DNA of 64,000 bases from Hydrolagus affinis (Eukaryota), in NCBI GenBank assembly GCA_012026655.1, contig JAAILG010000139.1, forward strand, positions 1-64,000, given 5' to 3'. The position numbers and the translations under genes were made by a program. Below the pieces are notes generated by a model that saw only the letters and a program-made list of their open reading frames with translations, searched no databases and was not told the DNA's origin. Shown here in pieces: positions 1 through 12,124 of the stretch (positions are counted from its first letter, which is position 1; every line of letters starts with the position of its first letter).

Positions 1-385
1 CCCCCCCCACCACCCACCTCCCATCATTGCCTGGCTGGTTCTTGGGGAAACCTGTCGAGTTGGATTCGCAAGATCATCGATTGAGGAGAAGAGATTTAAC
101 CCTGATGCCTGTGTTTTAAAATTATTTTTGGTGTGTGTGTATGTATGTGAGTGAGTGAGTGAGTGGGTGGGTTTTAGGTGGGGGGGGGGGGTGCATAGTG
201 TGTGTATTTTTTTTAAACACCTCTTTAATAGACTTCTCGCCGGCTTTTTTTTGGATGGGGAGTTGTGTGTGTGTGTGTGTGTGTATGTATGTGTGTGTGT
301 CTCCCTATTTGAACGCTGAGCCTGTGAGAGGCAGTGAAAACTGAGCTCTGTACAAAGCCAGAGGAAGGTCTGATCTGATCTGATC
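1..385 (+). promoter_or_regulatory. Putative 5' UTR/proximal promoter with (GT)n tracts, G-runs and a (TGATC)3 repeat abutting the ATG
   Basis: Position upstream of coding exon 1; (GT)n/(GAGT)n at ~131-165 and ~263-301; G-run at 180-192. The transcription start site cannot be seen. Confidence 0.5.
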
Positions 386-479
386 ATGCTGCCTGGTTGG
401 AGAGGACTATGTGTTGGGGCTGGGACAGCTTTGTGCTGTCTGCTTGTCTGGATTTTCTACTCGCACTTAATCAAAGAAG
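386..479 (+). CDS. TAFA5: TAFA5/FAM19A5-family coding exon 1 (signal peptide): MLPGWRGLCVGAGTALCCLLVWIFYSHLIKE + phase-1 G
   Basis: ATG at 386 with A at -3, 31 codons + 1 nt, then donor GTGAGT at 480. The hydrophobic segment resembles the recalled mammalian TAFA5 short-isoform leader (MQLLKALWALAGAALCCFLVLVIHAQFLKEG). Phase 1 joins exon 2 in frame (G|GT = Gly). Confidence 0.88.
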
Positions 480-524
480 GTGAGTGAAAACAAAACAAAA
501 TCACTGCCTTTAACGTGATAAACA

Positions 525-656
525 NNNNNNNNNNNNNNNNNNNNNNNNNNNNNNNNNNNNNNNNNNNNNNNNNNNNNNNNNNNNNNNNNNNNNNNNNNNN
601 NNNNNNNNNNNNNNNNNNNNNNNNNNNNNNNNNNNNNNNNNNNNNNNNNNNNNNNN
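525..656. other. Assembly gap (132 N)
   Basis: Run of n characters. Confidence 1.
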
Positions 657-769
657 TGGTAGCTTGTCTGTAAAGGCATCCTTGTTAAAGTTCAGTCAGG
701 AATACAGGAGCCTTGTGTTGCAGTGTGGGTTCTGTTAACGTTGATACAGATGTTCAACTCACGATATCA

Positions 770-2432
770 CCCCCACCCCCCCCCCCCCTCCCCTCACCCC
801 CCACCCCCAGACTTCCCCACCTAATGTTGCTTTATTTATACACGTCGCTGTTTTTTTTATTATTTATTATCTAGTTATTTTTTAACCATTGGCACTACAG
901 GCATCTTACATAACTCAGTTGCTGCAATATGTGTGTGGGAAACACACTCACTTAACAGCATAATATGCTCTGTGTGTGTGTGTGTGTGTGTGTCTCTCTG
1001 TGTGTGTGTGTGTCTCTCTCTCTGTGTGTGTCTCCCCACAAACACACACACACAGTTCAGACTTACTGAAATGTGTGTGTGCATCTGTGTGTGTGTGTGA
1101 GAGACACACACAGAGAGAGATATATACTGTACATTGCATCTAGACAGACACTCGTGCGTAAATAACAGTGGGGGGAGGGGGGGGGGTGAGCCTTGCCTGA
1201 ATTGCACACACTAATCTTGTCTGTACGAATCGTCGCATTTACAAAATTAGTTGCGAATCCACGTCGGCAACAGATTTAATCGCAGTGAGTGAGAGTGAGC
1301 GAGAGATATAGATATAGATAGATATATACACAGCCTTGGGTTCCCTTCAATAGAGTTTGTGCTTCGGTTTTTCACACGCTAACTCGTGGGTGATGGACTG
1401 TTATATAAATCCAGTTTTGATGACTGACAGACACACACACACACACACACACACACAACACAAATTCCTAACAGTTTCTTTGCTCCTGTAGTTTACAAAG
1501 TCAGCAAACTTGGCGTCCAGAAAGAGAGAGACAGACACAGACAGACAGACAGAGACAGGGGAGAGAGAGAGAGAGAGAGCAGTTTAATAGGCAATTGTGT
1601 GTTTGGGAGCAGATTGTAAATAAATAGCGCGTCCCTTTGCACAGATATCATGAAAAAACAGTTCATTGCTCAAGAGAGAGACTTGTGTGTGTCTCTCTCT
1701 CTGTGTGTGTGTGTGTGTGTTGGTCTGTGCAAAAGGGAGGGAAAAAAAAACCAATATCCTGTCCAAATAGTGTCCAAACGTCAAAGTAAAGAGATTTATC
1801 GCAAGAAGCATCATTCGCCCAGAGTCGTTTCTGTAGTTATTACTTCTGGGATACAGATATTATAGATGAATGATGATGTCTTGGGTGGTGCTCAAACCTG
1901 AGTGGCCAAGTTAAGGTTGAATGGAAAATGTGTGACACCCATACAGGATTGTGTTCTCTATCATTTCCTATATATTTTTATTAACGCGCACACACACACA
2001 TACACACACACATCATATGCACGTCCTCTCACACACGCAGAGACAGACACAAGTGGATTGAAGAGCCTTTAAGGACCAATTTTATTCCAAGATGTCAAAA
2101 CAATGAGAGGTCTAGAGTCGCGAAAAAAAAACACATTGTTTGTGAGAGAGAAATGTGGTTTCATCAGTCACTCAGAGGCGAGAGGCAATAAGATGTGGAT
2201 GGAGCTTGTGGTGATAAGAGTAATAAGAATGATAATCCTCGCATTTGACATGGCGCACTCCACGTCTTCTAGACGCCGCAAAGCGCTTGACAGAATACAC
2301 TGTAAATTGAATCGACTGTAGAGTTGTCGGTGAAAAATGGCAGCCGATTGAGCGATGTAAATTACTCAAGAAAGAGGCTACTGGGACAAATGAATGGAAG
2401 AAAGCAAGCGTGTGTCTCTCCCCCCACCCCTC

Positions 2433-2463
<31 letters not shown>

Positions 2464-2470
2464 CCACACA
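770..2470. repeat. Microsatellite/low-complexity cluster: (GT)n, (CA)n, (GA)n, (GACA)n, poly-C/G
   Basis: Seen directly at ~970-1125, 1429-1461, 1521-1579, 1685-1720, 1985-2050 and 2420-2462. Confidence 0.95.
2220..2350 (-). mobile_element. SINE 3' fragment (young tRNA-SINE family tail)
   Basis: Reverse complement of the ...tgtgaagcgctttgagacgtctagaagacgtg...tcaaatgcaaggattatt tail. Confidence 0.8.
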
Positions 2471-3399
2471 CAAAAAAATGTGATGCCTGATTTTCCGCTT
2501 GGTTGCCCCCCCAATTTTGGCAGCAATTTTGGTGATGGTGCTGGGGGGTGTGGGGGGTGGGTAGTGGAGGTGGATAACTTGGGGGTGGGTGCAGGGGAAC
2601 CAGAATGTTGAGTTATTAATATCCAGAGGAACCCGCCACCCCACAGCAAATCCAAGCGATAGAAACTTTATTCCTTAAAGCACCAAAGTGAAAGAGGATG
2701 AATATCAATAGCAATGAGATGACGCAAAGTCTATCTACATCAAAAGTTCTGGGACGCCACCCTGATGTGAGGGGTGCTCTATAAATACAAGTTATTGTTA
2801 TTATTAGGGTAAAGGCTAGGTGCCCACACATGTACGCCCAGAGAAGTCTTCTCTCCGATCACAAGGGAGGGGATTAGTAATGTGGAAACGATCAAGTCTT
2901 GGCAACTGTCCCATTGCTGGTCATAGACTGAGTTTGGCAGATCGATGTCCAGTTGCGTCTTGATGACACCCGTTGCGTTTAGCAATAACATGGCATGGGG
3001 ATGCTGTCCTGTGTGAGGGGGTCCAGCATAAATGTAAGTTGCTGTCGTCGTTAACATGCAATAGGTGTATCGTGTGAAGGTTGTTAAGCCGTCCGGTGTG
3101 GAGGGCGCTATGTAAATCGAAGTTGTTGTTGTTGTTGTTGTTATCCTGCTCCTCCCCAGAGAAGTGATTGCAATAATATTGAACGGTAGGCGGTAAATAT
3201 TAAAGTATCAGGCCGTGCAAATTGCGATACAATGAACATAGACTGAGTGGAGCGTGAATGAACCATGGAAGTACACAGCGCAGAAAAAGGCCATTGGGCC
3301 CATCATGTCTGGGCCTGCTCTTTTAAGTGGATTGAAGTGGAGTGAAGGTTTTGTCTAGGCCACATAACACTGCTTCAACGAGGGTTGTTCCCCGTATTC

Positions 3400-3470
3400 C
3401 AGCGCCTTGGGACGTCCTCCCGACGTGAAAGGCGCTCTATAAATGTAATTTGTTGTTGTTGTTGTTGTTG
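3400..3470 (+). mobile_element. Minimal L2 LINE 3' end (stem-loop + (TTG)n tail)
   Basis: cagcgccttgggacgtcctcccgacgtgaaaggcgctctataaatgtaat(ttg)n; the same tail ends the L2 ORF2 fragment at 10545-11125. Possible TSD GTATTC at 3394-3399 and 3470-3475. Confidence 0.85.
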
Positions 3471-6400
3471 TATTCAAGGGAAACACTGCACACAATGTAA
3501 GAGCACAGAAGGCAACCGAAGTACTCAGGCGGGGAAAGCATGGAATGTGCAGAAGAGGAACCTAAGGGGAAGGTTCCACATTAGTTAATACATTTGGCCT
3601 GAGTTCATGGAATTTCTTAATTGGATTCCTTAATAAGGAATCTGAATAACATGGTGTTCACCCAGTATAACAACAACAACAAAATTACATTTATACATAT
3701 AGCCAGGAAGTATAACAGGCTGATTTGTGGGAAATTTCCTCTTGACAGAATATATTTCCTCAGAGTGACCGGAGCCGCGTTTCAACCGCGTTTACTCTCA
3801 CCTTCCCCCTCCCCCTCCCCTTGGCTCGGCCTCGAACTCTACTATCGTTAAGCGTTCTGAGATGCCGCCCGGAGTGGAGGGTGCTATATAAATACAAGTC
3901 GTCGTTGTTGTTAAAATCTAACAGGATTCCTTATCAAAGATCTGGGATCACATCACGGCGATTCACAGGAACATCATTTAGATTTCTGCAGGTCAGCATA
4001 ATATGTGTAATGACTAACAGTGAGTGAAAAGAATCCACCACTCGGTTTCCCGATGAAAGAATCCCATTAGAAATTACTACCGAGACATCATTTTATTCAT
4101 CCTTATACAACTCAAGGATACATCAATACACACTGATTGTCCAAAACTGTGTTATAGTACATGTGTAAAATACATGTCACGACAACCCAGCTATTGCGTC
4201 AGGGCAGCAAAGCGGCACATTGCAATTCTCAAATGGATAACCGTATACTCGAGCTGATAATGTACCATCTAACCTCTCCCCAGAAGGAGAATCCGGTGAA
4301 CTCTGCGCCACAGAAAGGGAGCACTGTACACCAGAACATGAATCAAAACCACCTCCCGTTTGAAACAAGCAAACAGCACAGATTCATAGCTACTCTGTGG
4401 CTAGTTGTGATTACTGTGAAAGGCCAGAGTTAGGCACTGAGTATTAGTGAGTATTGGGTGATGTGGAGTGTCAGAGAACAGGTAGGCCTTATGTCTCAAC
4501 TGATTGCAGGGAATGGAGACCTTATTTAGCCTGTTCTCACACGGAGGATGATAGTGCAACAAGGTTAAGCTCTCTGGGATGCCACCCTGTATGAGGAACG
4601 CTATAGAAACGCAAGTTGTTATCGTTGGTGGTGTCATTGGTGTCGCATTGCACTAACTTGCCTTCTCTCAGAGGGCATTGGTGGTCTGGACAGTGAAGAA
4701 TCCAACTGTCAGTTGTGCAGTTCTCACATAATTGATCAAATGGAGCGTCGCTGTCTGCTCTGCAAACTGACGTGAAAGATAAGGCAAATCCAGCGACACC
4801 CGCAGCGAAACCTGCCTTACAATGGGAGGATCATTCAGTGAATCCTTCTATTGAGGCATTGGGATCAAATCTTTATCATCCGTTCATTCTTGCCTCCCAC
4901 CTGTTAGAGAACAGTTACAAACAAGGCCGAGGGTATTTAAAACCTCAGCAACGTCCGTCCATCGCTCAAAGCTCCCCCCAAAATTATGGGGGACGTCTGA
5001 AGGAGGCATCCTCCACTGCTGTGTGCTTGATATGCTTGAAGGTGCCATAGGTGAAACAAGGTGGTACTCAAGTGGTGATGCTAAATGAACTGAATCCACA
5101 GGGCCTATTGCACCAGAGACGCTGATGACTGCTCCAGATTTGTCAGATAGTCGCAGATGTAGTTAAGAGACTTTCAGTATCACAATGCATGGCTGCAGTT
5201 GGTTACACAGCCAATTACCAGTTCTCCTCCTCCAATTAGTGGACCACTTAGCAGGGCACACAAACAACCAGTAAGGGAGAGATCAGGGCACGCAAGGAGG
5301 AAACTGCATTAAATATGAACCATAGCAACTGTTCAATTAACCAGATTTGCTTTTGCATTTGTTTTTATTTTTTCTCAAAATGGGCTTGAAATCAGGACAC
5401 TTAAAGAAGGCATTTTTGGATAACCTAACATTGATACTTCAATGTCTCGCTCTGCAGGGCACCTGGAGTCGAACACTAATCAGGCAATATACTTTCAAAC
5501 TCCCATCGCTGCTCTGGTCAGCGGAGGATGCATAAAAGCATTACAATCTCCCGCCTTATTCACAGCCTCCACAAAAGTCACATTACCTCCTGTCAGTGTG
5601 TCCTTAGATAGCCCTAGATATGATAAGGAACTCACCTTATGCCAACTGATGGCTGGAACTTACTTTTCATTTCATTCTGAAACAATGACTGTCCAGCGCC
5701 TTGGGACGTCCTCCTGACGTGACAGGCGCTATACTAGTGTAATTTTGTTGTTATTGTTTCACTACACACCTGTGACACAGCAGGCAAGTCCTGTGCCAAA
5801 CCATCCCACTGAAGCCTGTTGTCGCAAATCTTCTTGTGAGTCCAAAGTTTCATTTGTCTTGTTCGATGTATTAAAAAAAAATTACTTTTGCACGCAAAGT
5901 TTTCACAGTTCCATCTAAAAATCTATTCTTCTCCGCCCAACCAGCCGTGACCACAGTTTTCCCTGAGCAACAAAGAGGCACTCTCAAGGACGGCAAAATA
6001 AAATCCAAGAATAGACCTTCTGAGGATTAAGGCAGGATTTTTCATTAAAATAAAGATCTCAGTGAAGTTCTGATTCGTGGTGTGTTTTAAAAGGAGCACT
6101 GCAGAAGAAATCTGTTCAGTGATTTTGTTCTTTCAGTGATCAACGGTGGTAATTCATTGACAATGTTTCAGTGGCTCTGGAAACACAGGAGTTTGATTTT
6201 TCGATCTCGTTCTTGGGTGATTTGCTTGCTTTCTCAGGGAGTTTCATTGGTTTCCGACTGAATGCAGTCCAGCTTTGACAATAGAATACTCTATCAAAAG
6301 TGTACAAAAAGGCAAAGCAAGCAGGACTAGTCCTAATCATTGAGGTGTGCCTCCTGTTGTCCAAAGATTGTTAGGGTGGAACCGAAGTGGGACAGATGTT

Positions 6401-6664
6401 AATGGGTCAAAGCCCCCTGCCATCGAATGCTTCTAACCACTGTAGGGAACAAAATAGTAGAATTGTTTGTATAAGGAATGCATTAGGAATGTGTGGAAAC
6501 AAACTTATTCAACATTAACCTACATGGATTAAACAAGTACTGTACACAGTCAACGCACTTCACAGTAAAATCACTCCAAGTGCTTTGAGATGTTTTGATA
6601 GCGCAGTAAGGCTCTATATCTAATGCAAGGATTATTTTTATTAGGATAAATAAATTTATCAGAT

Positions 6665-7085
6665 TATAGGACATAACAGCATAGGAACAGGGTGAGGCCA
6701 TTCGCCCTTTGAGCCTGTTCTGCCATTTAATTGGATCATGGTTGATCTGTACCTCAACTAATCCTTTCAATTCCAATTTGCTGCTTTCTCCCCATATCCC
6801 TTAATACCCTGATCTACCAAAAATGTACCAACCTCACTCTTGAAGGTGTGGATGGATCCAGCGTCCATGGTCTTTTGGGAAAGAGAATTCCAGATTTTTA
6901 CCACTCTTTGAGTGAAAAAATGCTTCCTGATTTCACTCTTAAATGGCCGAGTACTAATTTTAAGACTATGACCCCTTGTTTTGGATTCCCACCAGAGTAA
7001 ATAGCTTCTCTGTGTCTATCCTATCGAATCTCTTTATCATCTTGAATACCTCAATCAAATCACCCCTCAAACTTCTAAATTCAAA
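6665..7085 (-). mobile_element. CR1 LINE 3' fragment (ORF2 C-terminus + 3' UTR)
   Basis: The minus strand encodes LRGDLIEVFKMIKRFDRID, followed after a frameshift by a FFTQRVVKIWNSL-type motif typical of the CR1 ORF2 C-terminus. Confidence 0.9.
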
Positions 7086-7900
7086 GCTGTCTTGTAATTG
7101 TGTGAATGAGTAGGGCATCAATAATGCACTGAAATGTGATTGCGTTGGTATGATATATTCTGTAGGAGGGATTTTAGGTCCAGAATTTATCTTGTGCTGC
7201 AGAGTACTTAGAACAGAGTACAAATGAACAGAGTTTACAGTAGAATCATTTCTCCCTGTAGAAGAGCATTTTGTACACGTTGCCAGGGAGCAGTTCATCA
7301 CTTTGAAGGGCATTGCGCAGTTCTAAAGGTATTGTAGAGAGTGAAGGAACCATTTTTGTTGAATAAAGGAACTTAACATTTGTATAAAATTTCTCGTACA
7401 ATTTTAAGCACAACTGATTTTCAACAGACAGTGATGCCTTAAGGCCCACTTAGACCTATTAATCTCATCTAAATTTCAGTTGCATTCATGGCAAAATGAA
7501 GCACTTTCTCTGCTTTGCTGTGAAAATGTAACAAGCACAGAAAACAGTCCTCCCCGTGCCAATCTGCTAACATTTGATTTATCCAATCTTCTCTCTTAAT
7601 CTTTTCAGCCTCAGTGCTTTGCCGCAATATGATCTTGTTCCTTCAAGATCATATGAATAAAAATGAATAAAAATGCCCATTTCTGGGAGATGGTATTACA
7701 TTAGGGATGCAGTTCCCTTATACAGGACTCCAGGTTGGAGGAAATTAATTGTTGTAAATATCAGCTCATGGAGGGTATAATATTGGTACACGTCATTCTA
7801 TGTGGTGGAGGGTGGAGATCCCAAGTTCGGTCACTTTGCTTTGTGAAGGCACTTAGCCATGAGGCTGTTGAGAGAGAGAATCATAGCTGGTTTGCTTCAT

Positions 7901-8010
7901 ATAATAATAATAATCCTTGCATTTGATATAGCGCTTTCCACATCTTATCAACGTCCCAAAGCGCTTCACAGAATATACTGTAAGGTGATTGACTGTATAT
8001 ATTTGTGGGC
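7901..8010 (-). mobile_element. SINE 3' fragment
   Basis: (AAT)n-ccttgcatttgatatagcgc...aagcgcttcacagaatatactgtaa. Confidence 0.88.
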
Positions 8011-8029
8011 GAATACTTTTTTGTGGCTT

Positions 8030-8375
8030 GCTCACTGGGTTCGATTCCCCGGTTAGGGCAAAGTGTTGGGCAAGTTTCCTTACTCCACACTCCTTTGTTT
8101 GCCCAACAGAAAGTCGGAATCCGGTTGTTAGTTGATTGGCGGATTGCTGTTCCAGTGATGATAATCCTCCAAAAAATCATTAAAAATGAATAATGGTTTG
8201 ATCACTCAGTCCACGACTTTTTGTGGGAACACCGATTTGCGTAATTGGCTGCTGCGTTTCGCCCATAAAATACACAGTCAACTCACTTCACAGTACATTC
8301 TGTGAAGCGCTTTGAGACATCTCAAAGACACGATAAGGCGCTATATCAAATGCAAGTATTATTATAATTATTATT
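8030..8375 (+). mobile_element. tRNA-SINE, long form, 5' partly truncated
   Basis: B-box GGTTCGATTCC, gggcaagtttccttactccacac, Deu-like body and (ATT)n tail. Confidence 0.88.
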
Positions 8376-9051
8376 TGCTCAGAATAGGCCAACTGCCACT
8401 GAGCCACTGGAGTCCCATTCCTGAAACTAGGAGAAGGAAAATAAACATGAAAAACATTAGACTTATAACAGAGAGAATATCAGAACTGGATCCTTGTAGT
8501 ATAGATTGGATTGTTTTTAAAATGTAAAACTCAATTGTGATTTATTACTCAGAAATCAGATGGATATAATGTTATTATTGAACGTTGAATGAGGATATTG
8601 AAAGGACTTTTCCAAAGTGTTTGAAAAGGGATTGCAACCAATAACAAAAAAAAATCCATTGCTGTTTGCTCAAATATTTACTGTTGCCTCTGAGACTTGG
8701 AACCACAAGGCTTCTTTGATATTTCTATAGCTAGAGGCTGGACTGAAGATGAATATGTTATTTTGAAATCCTTTGTGGTCTTGTAACACTCAACCCAATG
8801 ACATTTTCTTTAAGTGCTTTTTAAACTCCTAAAGGGAACTGAAGGAAGCTATTAAACTTTGTGCTACTTTTTTTTTACGATTATTATTATGGAAAACTAA
8901 AGTGGGAGCTGCTTCTAATTCTTTAACGAAAGTGTGTAAATTCTCTTGGATACACTGTTCTGAAAGGTTCAACATCTATGATTGGCATTATTTCTTTGTG
9001 AGAGAAAACAAAACAACATCGGAGAAAGAAGGGGGGGTGATCAGCTGTTAT

Positions 9052-9430
9052 TTAATAATAATAATCCTTGCATTTGATGTAGTCTTATCATGTCTTCGTG
9101 ATGTCTGAAAGCGATTCACAGAATAAACTGTAAAGTGAATTAACCGCATAGTTTGTGGACGAACTGCAGCAGTCAATAGCGCACAGCAGTGTCCCACAAA
9201 TAGTCGTGGATTCAATGACCACGTTTTAAAATGATTTATTTCTTTATTATTTTTGAAGGGATTAAAGTGATCTGCCAATTGACTAACAACCATGTTCCTA
9301 CTTACTGCAAGGTGAGCAAGAGGTGTGTGTCGTAAGGAAATTTGCCCAACGTTTCACCCTGCCCAGGGAACCATACCCTGGTACTCTCGATTGCGAGGCG
9401 AGTGCTCTAACCACTGAACTACAGGACTCT
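9052..9430 (-). mobile_element. tRNA-SINE, long form, full length
   Basis: Head (revcomp agagtcctgtagttcagtggttagagcactcgcc) through (AAT)n tail. Confidence 0.88.
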
Positions 9431-10544
9431 ACAATTTATAGAAAATGTAAACATATTTTCAAGAATGCAACAGTGTCACATTTCCAAACAGCAAGCGTAG
9501 TGTATTTGGATCTAATAATGTGCCACTCTGGACCCTATAGTACGATGCCATTTCAGTTCAAATCGTCTCATTCCATTACAGGCAGGTGCCTATCCATCAC
9601 TGATGACATGATGACAGTCACCAGCTAAATAGAGAACATTTTGAAAACAGACTGAAATGGCCTCCACAGAGTCCAGCCGTACATTTCCAAGATAAAATGC
9701 AGTCCAGACCGAGATTCAAGTAGATTCATAACATGTCTGAGAGTTTACATGACATTGAGAAACTGCTCAAGCATTGCTCTTGTGGCTCATGATGCAATCT
9801 GAATCCCTTGGTATGTTTCTGGCTTGAAGCGTGCTCCAATTTTCCAGCCACAAGTTCCTGAAAACATTCTTATGGAGGGGTTTTTTTCACGTACAAATTC
9901 ACAATATATCGACCTGTGTAAGGTTTAGCATGGTAAATGTTTGGATAGGTGCTAAACAAATCCAATCCAGTGTCATCGGGAATTTCGGACATTCCAAGGA
10001 ACCCAATAACAGAATTTTTTTCAGCAGAACAACAGTCATTGATCTTAAACCAGGCTTTCATTTAGAAATCTCTTTATGATACCGCAAGGCTTAAAGCCTT
10101 CAAAAATTCTACCATCCAAAGTCTGATTCATCCTATCTTTGGAGCAGAGACAAGCTATTCCGTTGAGCCCCTGCATGCCACACATAATTTCAAACCACTA
10201 CATATGACCACTTCCTAATCCCACTTCCCTGACCTCTTGCCATATCCTTTAACATTCCCACAGTTCAAGTATCTGTCCACAAGGTTGTGCGTTCAAGCTG
10301 CGTACCAGGATTTTGAGCTAATAGTCTAAGCTCATACTCCTAGTGGATATGCTAAAATAATCGAATCCAGTGTTATCGGGCATTTCAAACACTGCATTGT
10401 TCTTCAGATGAGATGTTGAACCGAGGTCCCAGCTGTCTGTTCAGGTGGACATTAAAGATGGCACTTGCAAAAAGACAAGGAACTATCTCCTGATCTCCTA
10501 GCCAAAACAACCCTCCAGATAAATTGGTTATTCATTCTATCTCT

Positions 10545-11125
10545 CCGGTTTCACCCTCAACCCCCATCCTCATCCCTCATCCATCGAGTCCTGGACAAGG
10601 GACAACTTTCTTCAGCTGAACGTCAGCAAGACTGAGGCTCGCGTCAGCGCCTTCTCTCATCTCAGGGGCTGGCTGCATCAGCATCCACGGCTGCATTTTC
10701 CATCTCACCAAGCCAGTCAGGAACCTGGGTGTTTTGTTTGACCCTGAACTGTGCTTTCTCATCCACTTCCACGCCATGACCAGCACTGCCTTCCACCACC
10801 TCCGTAACATTGCCAGACTCCGCCACTGCCTCACCCCTCAGGCTGCCAAAACCCATCGGTGGCCGGGCTTTCAGCCTTTCTGTCCCTACACTCTGGTCAT
10901 CCATCCCACAGTCCCTTCTCCTCGCTTCCTCCCTTGCCTCCTTCAAGACCGGTCTCAAAGACCCTTGTTTTCGATCGTGCCTTCTGCCGCCCTCCCACCT
11001 CTCTCCCTCCCCTCTACCCTGGCCCTCCCCCATGCTTGGGTCCCGACCCCTGATTGTTCAGCCTATTGGGACATCCGACGTGAAAGATGCTCTATAAATA
11101 TAATCGTGTTGTTATTGTTGTTGTA
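10545..11125 (+). mobile_element. L2 LINE 3' fragment with internal deletion, nested in a DeuSINE-like copy (10390-10540 and 11125-11190)
   Basis: Encodes FLQLNVSKTE, VRNLGVLFDPEL..AFHHLRNIARLR and IGGRAFS..PTLW..SFK, typical of the L2 ORF2 C-terminus; ends in the stem-loop and (TTG)n tail. Confidence 0.9.
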
Positions 11126-11740
11126 TAGCTGCTTGTGAGAGATTGCTGTGTGCGAATCGGCTGCCGCGTTTGTCCACAAAAAAAATGCACTCACTTTTGC
11201 TCTTGAAATTATAGGCAAGGATAAAGTGGGAGGATTATTATTTTACTTGCTTTTTGAATTGCAAAATCAATTCTGCATCCTTTCTGGGGTATTACTCCAA
11301 AAATCTTATTAATCTCTGCAGGAAGAAATTCATTCCGTTTCTTCTCGTGTTGGAAAGTAACTGATTAAATAACCGCTGTTACTATTATTATAATTACTAA
11401 CCATCCTTCAATGTTGTCTAATGGGATTAATTTGCCAGCAGAGAGCAATATTGGTGTGCTACTGAAAATGCCTGTAACAGGTGAAGGATTATATAACAGA
11501 CACAACCTAAATTACATAATATAATGATTTGCATATTTACAGATATTAATCATGTTTGCATAGCGTTAGCATGTTTTGGCATGATTTGTTGCTTTACCTC
11601 CAATGTGACTGGGGCAGAGGGATCCAAATTCATGCACTGGACTCCTATATTGATCACCTTGAGTACAATTGCAGCGTTGACTGAATTTTAATTCAACTGT
11701 CCTTAGATCAAGCACCAGTTGATTGGGCTGTCACTTGGCA

Positions 11741-12124
11741 TAATAATAATAATCCTTGCATCTGATATAGAACCTTATCACGTCTTCGGGAAGTCTCAAA
11801 GCCCTTCAAAGAATATACTGTAATATGAATTGACTATGTTTTGTGGATGAAAAAACGGCTGCCAGTTGCACACACCGGTGTTCCATGAACGGTTGTGAAT
11901 TGAGTGACTAATTTATTATTACTTTTTTGGAAGGAATTATTACCCCCATAAAAATGATCCGCCAATCAGCTAACAACAGGGTTCCTACTTACTGCCAGGT
12001 AGACTTTTGCGTGTTGGAGTAAGGAAACTTAACCCAGCATTTTGTCCTGCCATGAATCGAACCTAGGTCTCTCACGTGCGATTGAGGCGAATGCTCTTAC
12101 CATGGAACTGCCGGACAGACTCCA
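11741..12124 (-). mobile_element. tRNA-SINE, long form
   Basis: Same modules as 9052-9430. Confidence 0.85.

Noticed and set aside
159-2655. Several 60-110 aa ORFs rich in CV, HT, poly-P or poly-G
   Set aside because: They are translations of microsatellites and homopolymer runs.
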